Program-made: the position numbers and the translations under genes
In this document: positions 53,671-64,000 of the stretch, piece by piece
Position numbering within the stretch: the first letter of the stretch is position 1
How the letters are laid out: each line of letters opens with the position of its first letter
Assembly: GCF_002113885.1 (NCBI RefSeq)
Contig: NW_018408627.1
Location: 90,422 to 154,421 of the forward strand
Length of the DNA: 64,000 nucleotides
Direction: 5' to 3'
Source of the DNA: Mizuhopecten yessoensis
Lineage: Eukaryota
Notes under the pieces: model-generated
Database searches by the model: none
Told to the model about the DNA's origin: nothing
What the model saw: the letters and a program-made list of their open reading frames with translations, nothing else

Positions 53671-54834
53671 CTGCTACAGTGAATAAAGGAGAAATGGGGC
53701 TCAGTGGGAGGGGGGAGGGGGAGGCTAGGACTGATGGTGGAGTGATATGTCTAAACGATTTTCCAAGGAATTTGAAATATGTCCGCATCGTCGTAGTCCG
53801 CCATTATTTATGTATAAATGGCCGTGCTAAGTAAATGTTATGGTTTCATGTTGTTCCTTTTATGGATAATATGGAATATGAATTCAATAAAACTCCTACA
53901 GTCGGGATGCGACGGGCGAGCAATTCGATTTAGATAAGTATTAGTGGACGAATCATCAGTGGAGTCTCCCTAGGGTCAGCGTCAATTAAGTTATACCGTC
54001 GCTCATCAGGTGGGGCCAAATCGCAGCTCAGATCGGAAACAACAGCCAAATTTAAAAGGATCCCGAAACGACTAAACACCATATGTGTGCTCACGTGATG
54101 CTCCAAGCAATGTTAACAATCTTGACGTTTTTGCAAAATAGGGAATGAAATTAGTGTTAATAAATGTAGATGTGCGCTCTTCAGTTTGGGATTAACAGTA
54201 AAGTCCTACGAGCTGTCATTTTGCTGACCAACCAAAGCTTCATACGGGCCTCGATACAAGTATATAACTATCTGTATCCCAAGAGCACTTGTTACCCTCG
54301 AGTTTATTTGCCCTTGTAACAATAAACGGTAGTCGTGATCCAGCAGGCACTTTGATAACGATTCTGTGGAGGTTTAGCTGTCTGACCCGATTTATGGTAT
54401 TCCGATTCTCCTGGGCGCTTTATTAATCATATCATGTGATCGGAGTCGCGGAGATGCAACACTTCCTGCCCAGTAAACAAGTGCGCAACTGAGAGATGAT
54501 GGCACGCGATTTCGTTACCAAACGCCACGTGGTTTTCCAGGCGGATTTATGACATTACTGGACATTGATTCGCCATTAGTACTAATTATAGCAATGGCTT
54601 CAAAGACATAAAACGGTGAGCTTGCTTTTATGTTTGTTAATAGAGTCGAGTATCAACGACGTGCTTGATTCACAACTGTCTTAAAGATCCGTGTCTTGGA
54701 ATTCAAACTTGACGCGGAAACGATATCATTGAATCAAAACAAAACAAAATAAGATATATTAGCAAAACAAAACTTTCATTTTAATATTCGATGCTTAAAA
54801 TAAGCATCCTTACCCAGCTGGATGATGTCTTGTT

Positions 54835-55500
54835 ATTGTGATCTACCTCGATAACTTAAGTGAGTGTGATCTACCTCGATAACTTAAGTGAGTGTGATCA
54901 ACCTCACTAGATAACTCTGGTTTTAGTGATCTATCCCACCCGAAAACTTTTGTAAGAGTGATCTACCTCACTCGATAACTCTTGTTATAGTGATCTACCT
55001 TACTCGATAACTCTGGTTAAAGTGATCTACCTCACTCGATAACTCTGGTTAGAGTGATCTACCTCACTCGATAACTCTGGTTATAGTGATCTATCACAAC
55101 CGATAACTCTTGTAAGAGTGATCTACCTCATTCAATAACTCTGGTTATAGTGATCTACCTCACTCGATAACTATGATTATATTGATCTACCTCACTCGAT
55201 AACTCTGGTTATAGTGATCTACCTCACTCGGTAACTCTGGTTATAGTGATCTACCCCACTCGATAACTCTGGTTATAATGATCTACCCCACTCGATAACT
55301 CTGCTTATAGTGATCTACCTCACTCGATAACTCTGGTTAAAGTGATCTACCTCACTCGATAACTCTGGTTATAGTGATCTACCCCACTCGATAACTCTGG
55401 TTATAGTGATCTACCTCACTCGATTACTCTGGTTATAATGATCTACCCCACTCGATAACTCTGGTTATAGTGATCTACCTCACTCGATAACTCTGGTTAT
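54835..55500 (+). repeat. Minisatellite, 32-bp unit (GTGATCTACCTCACTCGATAACTCTGGTTATA), ~21 copies
   Basis: Direct repetition. Confidence 0.97.
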
Positions 55501-58500
55501 GAATGCCAGCTGAGAACATTCGATCCTTATGAGTAAGATAAAACTATTACACGACAAAGGCATTTGTAAGTGAGCATATAATCTAACTTAATTCATTTGT
55601 CAGTTGTAGCCAACTGTATGACCAGATTTACATGATATCTGTGCCGTTGGTCGATAAACTAGGCATGAACAATTGACAATCTTTGAGGGATGTAAAATCG
55701 TACAAAGGCCTTTATATATTGATTCAAATTTTAAAAAATATACTCTTTGTTATTAAATGTGATTTTTGTTTACTTTCCATCAGGATTTTCCACGGACTAT
55801 TTTGTAAAATCAATAGGCCCGTGCTTTGCAATGTACAGTCATTTGAACATTTCAAGCGTATATCATAACTACAATTTGATTTATTCCAATTGCTTTCACA
55901 AAAACAGTTGCAGTAAAAGTTATAAAAAGTATAAAAGTTAAATAAAGTTAAAAATGTAAATAAGATTACTGAACTGCTTTCTGTTGACAGAAGGCACATG
56001 AATGTCATAGCGAATGTCACTGTAAAAATACGCGAAACGTGCAAGGCCCTTCCTGTCAATTGTTCATGTCATTCTGAAGGCTTCTGTCTACTGACAATAT
56101 TCATAAAACAGTAACTTGAACAGGGAAGAGTGGACCTGGCTTCTGTGGGGAATGCGGGTGTGACTTCTGTGTAAGTTGTATGTTATCGAAATTTTGAAGT
56201 TCCTTTATAATTATGTTGTTTTGTTATTTGCCTTCAAATTACTTTGTAACTAAATATGAGCAATACAGTTGGTTTCCTCCGGTCAGGGAGCAGTTCAAGA
56301 CTTTCATTAAATCCTAACTAGTTTGTCACTAACATAGTCCTTCTGGTAAACGAATACCAAATAAGTCAGGACACTAAACGCAGAGTAATAGCTAGTAACG
56401 ACATGTTTATATCTCCGTATAATTAGTCCGCTTTAACATGATGTACAACGCACTTATCATAGATAGTCGGAATTAGTTCAAGAGAATTGATTTGCATTAA
56501 AATATCCACGTGATATATAATACAACAGGATACGTGTATAGTTGGCACTTCCTGTTGTGGCCCTCGGGTATGGTGGAAAGCAGTAAAACTACACGCATGA
56601 AACATAACAGAGCAGTGATGTAGCTCTGCCATTGGAGAGGACATCGACACAGCTATCATCTGATTATGAGGTTGATACAATTCGTGCTTACACAAGAAGG
56701 CAATCACGTAATAATTGTGCGAATGGTTATATGCCTTTGGACAAATACATCGTATGTACTTAACAGTATCCCGAAACATTTTCTACATAAATAACCTCAG
56801 TACCCGTGTTAAATCTTACATCAGTAACATCAGTTGTCCTTGTGTTGCCGTGCCCCATACTAATGTCGCTGTGGTCCTGTTAGTAAACACGTAAAATAGG
56901 TTGCCATTTCTGGATATATCGCAGTTCCAGCTCGAGTACTACTCCTCGACGACATCCATACAAGGTGGTGATTCTGTAAAGTATAACAGATCTAGTGATC
57001 GCCTTATCACCTTTCTGATAAGTCCTTTACAGACCCCTTACCATGACTGACATGGTTCGAGATTAATACATGTTCCTTCATGCTTCTTTACCGACTGCAT
57101 TACCACAAAAACATACTAAGGATGAAACGGTTAATGGATATATCAGCACTAAAAATAGGGCATTTCTGGTCTGTATGGAACCTAGGTGCGTTCATTTCTG
57201 GGTAACTATTGGGTTGTACATTGGATAACCATTGCTTATTTGTATGTCACTGTATGTCAATTCTCCAATGTGTCTTACACAAGAAATAAAATAACCTGAA
57301 TCAGAATCCATGGTGACTGATTGCCCTTGTTTTATCCTTGATAACGGGGTAAACTTTTTCTTCAATAGATAACCGATGTTTTATCAGACCCATATATTAG
57401 ATACGTCTCTACTATCACCAATCATGTGATGTTTATCCTACCCAGGTGAAGGCACGGGGCTATATATTTGGACAACACCTTCAGTTTTCGACCAATATGA
57501 TAACGCAGTTTTACGTTTTACTATCTTTGTTTTATTTTCTATATGACGATGGACATTTCAGACTAATAATGTAAACACGTAAAAAGCAATAGCTGTAATT
57601 GAAGGTGAACGTCATCGAGGGTAGAATTATATACCATAGCTCACGGCTCCGATACAGAAATATATTTGGTATTGCAGAATTGTCTTGAGTTGGGACCGGT
57701 TCATGTACACGCTTACACCGTAATGGTCGTGCTGGAAGCGGCCCTGGCTATGTACACCAGGCAACCCTGCTCATTACAACTCATGGATTATAAAACCAAT
57801 CGTGATATTGAGACGGGAGTCATAAAACTCGGCAAAGTAGGGCAATGTGCCGCGTGCATAGCAAATCAAGTGCTCGACCGGGCGACGTAACCCTAGAATG
57901 GCCCCAGACTGGCACACCTATCATTGAGTGACTTCTTTATTTGGCCCTATTTCTGCAACTGATAGTACATGCTACATATTTAATGAGTATGAGGACCTAT
58001 GTCAGCTTATTCGCCCCTATAAAAGTACAATGGCTAGCTTGACTACAACTGTGTATGCTATATGCAGTCTAAGTGCATTACGGACTCTTGGCCTCAAGAG
58101 AAGGTATATTTTAACCTGTGTTATATATTGCCAATATAAAACATCTACCAAATCAGCGGTGATTTGTTTTACGTGTAACGTGTGGATAGCGGCGGCTTTA
58201 CAATTGTGACATAATAATCATTCAGTTAAAAATCTCTGGCAGACACTAACTGATGAATGTTTCGTTTATTAACAGGAAGGGCATTGAAACCTGTTCACAT
58301 TTAGAACTTAAATTCTGATAAAAATTAGTACGGTGCTTAATAGTGACACATTTTAAGTTTTTGAATTTCTCTTTAAATACACAACCTTAAAGACGAAGTG
58401 CAAACTGCACACCTCGTAGAAATCCTATAGTGTAGTTTTATTGTCGTCCATTTCCTTTGATACGCTAATTAAAGCAATCAATTATAAGGCAGAAACTACC

Positions 58501-58899
58501 GTATTTGTTTATAGTCGCCTCTTTCAATGAGACGACCGGATGTTGAGAACGCACCCTATCAACAGTCATTGGAAGTCACCTAAATTCCTCTATCATCACA
58601 ACCAGCTATACAAGGAACCCCCAGTCACGAGATGTGTGCCGTGTACGTACGAACACATTATTGCATCTCATTTGTGCAAATTATTGGTGTATTTGCATTC
58701 TTTGCTGAATTATTCAAAGAAAATGCAATAATGGTACAACGTCCTCTCAGAGCCCGACGATTTATGCTGGTCATCCATTATGGCCGTATATCATCGATCA
58801 TCTGGTAAGCACAAGTGATTTATCAGTTGATAAAATTGTCTGGACATGATGTCGTAATTGATGCGGCGATTGTTGCCCTAACGAAACATGTGTATAACG

Positions 58900-59790
58900 T
58901 CGGGATTACATGACACGTCACAATTGACCGGATCACCACCTCGCCCTACGCGTCCAACTCCCGCGTCATCAGTCAGCACTCGCTCCGCGCCAGCCATAGC
59001 GGCGGGAGGCGAGACGCATTCTGATTTCCTCTACAATGATTTCATGTGCTTCTCAGCTATTTACATTTCATCAAATTCCATCAGTCGCTCACAGCGGCAG
59101 AAGCCAAAGAAGTCGGTATATTGTATCAATAGTAACAGCACTGATGGCTTTCAATTGCAAACATTTCTCATTTTGTCAACACGACCGGAAGTAATTTGTC
59201 TCGCAGCAATCATCCACATGGAAACGAGCGTAGAACTATCGCAAACTGATTCAATTTATCGTGTACTTGTTGCTGGTGATGCTTGTGTAACATGGCTGCC
59301 GTATGATACTGTGTGGGGCTTTGTCGCGATATTGGGGTAAATTAAACTAGAAAACAAGCCCGACTCTCACGTATGTGTCGGATACGGGCCTGGCTTCGGG
59401 CTGATGGTGGCAGCGGGTGGCATGTATTGCCCTTGATTTTTTTTTTATTTCAAAAATGTATTCCTGCACAAACTACCCATATCCCTTCATTTCTTTTTTA
59501 ATTAAGTGAAAAAGTCTAAATTCAGATCCTGATTAAGTGTGAAACAGCCATAGTTGAGTCAGAGGGGAATTCGTCGCGAATGTGTGAGACAATATGTGGT
59601 AATTGAAAGCGTCGCTGGATATCAATCTGTTTCTCGGTGCCTGGTTCAGCGCTCATGTATAGACATACTTCTACTCGCCTCAGAAACAAAAGGTTTGAGA
59701 CTGGTGGCCTTGGTAATAATATCAGTCTTTCTAATACCCGCACAGTTATTAACAGTGACTTCCGGTATTAAAGGTTAGCAACGGAAGACA
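58900..59790. promoter_or_regulatory. CpG-rich, promoter- or enhancer-like unique region
   Basis: Local GC/CpG enrichment at 58930-59020; ETS-type CCGGAAGT at 59185 and ACTTCCGG at 59758. No transcript can be assigned. Confidence 0.25.
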
Positions 59791-60034
59791 CAATGCCGGC
59801 TTTCGGTTCTAGGAAATCATAACAATATACTTTATGCATACCCGGTACATATATTTTTTTCCTAAAATGTGGTACTGAACGTTTATACAAATATAAGCAA
59901 CACTAATAATGGCAATGGAGTTTGAAGAGGTGTCCTTAAGATTGGTTTTGATGTTGATGTTATGTCTATTTTGTAATCGTGTACTTGGCGTTAACCGGAC
60001 GGTGTAAATATGTAGCAACGATTGATAGAGATCA

Positions 60035-60309
60035 AGTACCAAGGAATCAGACATGAATTGTCCCATCCCTCTCTGTACCAAGGAATCAGACATGGATTGT
60101 CCCATCCCACTGTGTACCAAGGAATCAGACATGGATTGTCCCATCCATCTGTGTACCAAGGAATCAGACATGAATTGTCCCATCGCTCTGTGAACCAAGG
60201 AATCAGACATGAATTGTCCCATCGGTCTGTGTACCAAGGAATCAGACATGAATTGTCCCATCGCTCTGTGTACCAAGGAATCAGACATGGATTGTCCCAT
60301 CCCTCTGTG
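60035..60309 (+). repeat. Minisatellite, 39-bp unit, 7 copies
   Basis: GTACCAAGGAATCAGACATGAATTGTCCCATCGCTCTGT repeated. Confidence 0.97.
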
Positions 60310-60804
60310 GTAACGTAACACCAGGAATGCTGGCATAGTTACCCGGCTAGGACCGGGCTTAATAGTGATTACGAGCAAACACCTACACGATGATGCCAAA
60401 AATAATCGCTCAGAAGAATTGACATCAGGTCATCTTGGTCATGTGAGAACAGTTGTCAGTCGGCAACATTCGTGTTTTATTACCGTTGTGTCAGCAGGTT
60501 CCTCATCTACTTCATATCTAACATTTCGCGCTAGAAAAAATAGTAGTTATTGAATCACTGTCAGCTTAATGAATATTCATGATCTGTTGTCCCATCCTAA
60601 AGTCCCTATTACCACTAGATGGTAACTACGGGTCAATAGTTGAGATTTGTCTGACCCAGGCGTTCCCTATAGACAGACAGGGGCGTTATCGCCGGCCAGG
60701 GAATTGCCCGGGAGACACCAGTAATCCCTTTCCCAATAAACTTGGCCTTAACCTTTCTCTGCAATATTGGCATACAAATAGTTTTACATGGCATGTTTAG
60801 AGAT

Positions 60805-61853
60805 CGAACGGTATTATCTCGCAAAAACCCTTTATCAGGGCACAAAGAGCAGACGGGGTTATCTCATAAAATCACGTGTCATGGCACAAAGATCGGTCAG
60901 GGTCATTCCGGAAAACTCTGTGTTAGGGCACAAAGAGCAGACGGGGTTATCTCATTAAGCCCTGTGTTAGGGCACAAAGAGCAGACGGGATTATCTCATA
61001 AAACCCTGTGTTAGGGCACAAAGAGCAGACGGGGCTTTCTCATAAAACCCTGTGTTAGGGCACAAAGAGCAGATGGGATTATCCCATAAAACCCTGTGTT
61101 AGGGCACAAAGATCGGATGGGATTATCCCATAAAACTCTGTGGTAGGGCACAAAGAGCAGACGGGGTTATCTCATAAAACACTGTGTAAGGGAACAAAGA
61201 TGGGATGGGATTATCCCATAAAACTCTTTGGTAGGGCACAAAGAGCAGACGGGGCTTTCTCATAAAACCCTGTGTTAGGGCACAAAGAGCAGACGGGGTT
61301 ATCTCATAAAACACTGTGTAAGGGCACAAAGATGGGATGGGATTATCCCATAAAACTCTGTGTTAGGGCACAAAGTGAAGACGGGATTATCTCATAAAAC
61401 CCTGTGTTAGAGCACAAAGAGCAGACGGGACTATCTCATAAAACCCTGTGTTAGGGCACAAAGAGCAGACAGGGTTATCTCATAAAACCCTGTGGTAGGG
61501 CACAAAGAGCAGACGGGGTTATCTCATAAAACCCTGTGTAAGGGCACAAAGAGCAGACGGGTTTATCTTATAAAACCCTGTGTTAGGGCACAAAGAGCAG
61601 ACAGGGTTATCTCATAAAATCCTGTGTTAGGGCACAAATAGCAGACGGGGTTATCTCATAAAACACTGTGTAAGGGCACAAAGATCGGATGGGATTATCC
61701 CATAAAACCCTGTGTTAGGGCACAATGATCGGATGGAATTATCCCATAAAACCCTGTGTTAGGGCACAAAGATCGGATGGGATTATCCCATAAAACCCTG
61801 TGTTAGGGCACAAAGATCGGATGGGATTATCCCATAAAACCCTGTGTTAGGGC
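60805..61853 (+). repeat. Minisatellite, 44-bp unit, ~23 copies, two interspersed variants
   Basis: GTTAGGGCACAAAGAGCAGACGGGGTTATCTCATAAAACCCTGT and variant ...GATCGGATGGGATTATCCCAT... Confidence 0.98.
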
Positions 61854-62722
61854 CTCAGAGTATTTATCCCTCAATCAGTATATATAGCCACGTAAGGGTA
61901 CGAAACATCTTTTACCTTGATATCTTGGCTACTTGAAAGCCACCTTTTGGTATCTTTTTGTTCGTAGATAGGTGTCGTCATTTCCGTTTTAAATGTGAAA
62001 GTATTGACGAACCGAAGAAGTGTGCGTTGTAATACAAAATATGATATCTTCCACTGGAAAGACTGACACATTTTGTCGTCTTGGGTTCGGTTACGTTAGC
62101 ACGCTCTGTTAATGGTAAGGTTCTGCGTAGGTCGAATGCATATATACACAATAATTTAGTTATATAGCGTGCTTGCGGCAAGCTGGGATATCTCGCGAGT
62201 GAAAGAATACTTTTGAAATTACTCAGCGAATCATAAGCAGGATAATTTATTGCAATTTATTCTGCGATTATTTTGAAATATCAAACTTTAAGTAACTTTT
62301 TTGGTGCATCGTAAATATGAAACGGAATAATTAATTTTGATGTGTTCATCATACACGGTACATGTACTATAGGGTTATCGAGAAGGCAGTCTACGCGGGC
62401 CCGGTTGTGACGCAGGCTTATTAATATTCATGTGAAATAATGTGTTACCTTTTGTGTAGTTAAATGTACAATGTACAAAAGTTTATTGTCACACATTTAC
62501 TGTCCTGCCGTCATTGCAAGGACATCTTCGCAGACACTAAACTAGCTAAGATGTAAATTCAAGGCGATAAACAAATGGGTTTCTTTCAGAACATGATTAT
62601 CATACTGGACAATTAATACAAATACCCGTTATCAAACAGTGACTAGCGCACTGACCGCTACCTAAGGGTGCTAGTCGTGTATAACCAAGCATTTTACCGT
62701 TTGATATTAATGTCCCGAACGC

Positions 62723-62974
62723 GTATTCATGAAACAATTAACATGCTCAAACTTAGATTCTGTGCTTTGGCCCAATTTCTTGTTTCCGAGAAAGAAAGAA
62801 AAAAGAAAAAAAAAATGTCAATCAAACGGACAAATTTTCAAAACTAAGTTCAGTTGTATGCTTTTTTCCATGTTTACACTTGACCTTTTTCATGATTTAA
62901 GCGAGTTACAAAAGTGTTGTCTTGAGCACAGACTCAATGTGTGAGTCTGTGAACGGTTTCATGAATACTGACCC
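62723..62974. mobile_element. MITE, probably PIF/Harbinger-type
   Basis: Inverted termini GTATTCATGAAAC (62723-62735) and GTTTCATGAATAC (62956-62968), followed by TGACCC. Confidence 0.6.
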
Positions 62975-63782
62975 GATCCGTGATGACCACACAGTCGCTG
63001 GTTCTACCACAATCTACCGCTCAACCTTTATTACCTAACTTCCATTGGACACAAGGCATCTCATTAGTATCCAGATCTATCACACAAACAGTTTTATGGG
63101 TGAACTAGATTGTAGAGGCGCCTTTCCTTACATTATGAATTTATTTTTCCAATAAATAGTGTAGCCTCCATCACTCCCCTAACTTCTGTAGGTTTCGTCA
63201 CTCCCAAAACTGCTATGTAGTTCATCAATCAGTAACCGGTATCGATAATGAATTGTGTCCATTTTTTGCAAGTGAATTCTGAAATTTAACCAACCCACTT
63301 GAGTTTCATAGCTTACTCGTTGGATATGTGTATAGTTGTCTTGGGGAATCGGTATACATTCTTGCTCCATTTTGTTTTAATTTAACATTTGTATTTGATC
63401 ATATTCGCATTTGAGATACATGCTCACACCATGAATCAACCAAACCGAAGTTGCGTTCATGAGATTCCGGTGGCTAGGCAACAATTTCATGCATTTGTCA
63501 ATGTGACGCTTAGCTCTACGCTAAAAATTAACGCTGAATCGCTAGCAATCAATCTCTCAATTGACTAAGATTGTTATAGCATTGTTCCGTCAATATCGTT
63601 TCACTGATGATGCACACACACACACACACAAACACAGTATTAAAAAAGAGAATATTTTCAAATAAATGCCCGAAAGCTATATATTTAGAATATAAATATA
63701 TGGATTGTATATAACTGTTCAGAATGAAAATAAATCGATAACGTACATATTCAACAGAACCAGTTAAATAACTACATGCTAC

Positions 63783-64000
63783 TATACAGACAGGAAGGTT
63801 ACGTCCCCTGTTTAAACTTGTCACGGCAGTGTTACTAGTTTATACAGAAGAAAAGGGTTACGTCCCCTGTATAGACATGCCACGGCAATGTTACTAGTAC
63901 TTTACAGACAGGAGGGTTACGTCCCTTGTATAGACATGTAACGGCAGTGTTATATATACTTGTTATATACAGAAAGGAGGGTTCCGTCACCTGTATAGAC
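63783..64000 (+). repeat. Minisatellite, ~59-66-bp unit, 4 or more copies, runs off the window
   Basis: TACAGACAGGAAGGTTACGTCCCCTGTATAGACATG..ACGGCAGTGTTACTAGT repeated. Confidence 0.9.

Noticed and set aside
67-61853. Arrays as CRISPR loci
   Set aside because: Units are head-to-tail with no unique spacers, there are no cas genes, and the context is eukaryotic.

Overview
AT-rich eukaryotic genomic DNA, most likely a marine invertebrate. A bivalve mollusc is inferred from the SINE, tRNA-LTR and Penelope-like element types. No recognisable intact protein-coding gene is present, and every long ORF in the track is a product of a tandem repeat. The window contains about 18 minisatellite arrays (periods 24-90 bp) and many decayed mobile elements: Penelope-like (Naiad-type) RT relics, an RTE-X-like LINE relic, two SINEs, MITEs, a Crypton-like relic and a miniature LTR element with tRNA-derived LTRs. 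It also has a 148-N gap and a local duplication. Main observation: when read as decayed codons, almost all of the apparently unrelated minisatellites match one short stretch at the C-terminus of the Naiad/Penelope RT (GRLxTKLYDKRDDFNFxIVNFPFLxSNIPxxPAYGVYISQLIRY). In many cases their unique flanks continue the RT upstream and downstream. The arrays therefore appear to have arisen independently and repeatedly inside Penelope-like relics. All alignments were made by eye against motifs recalled from the family and against the window's own relic at 38120-38350, so they need computational confirmation.
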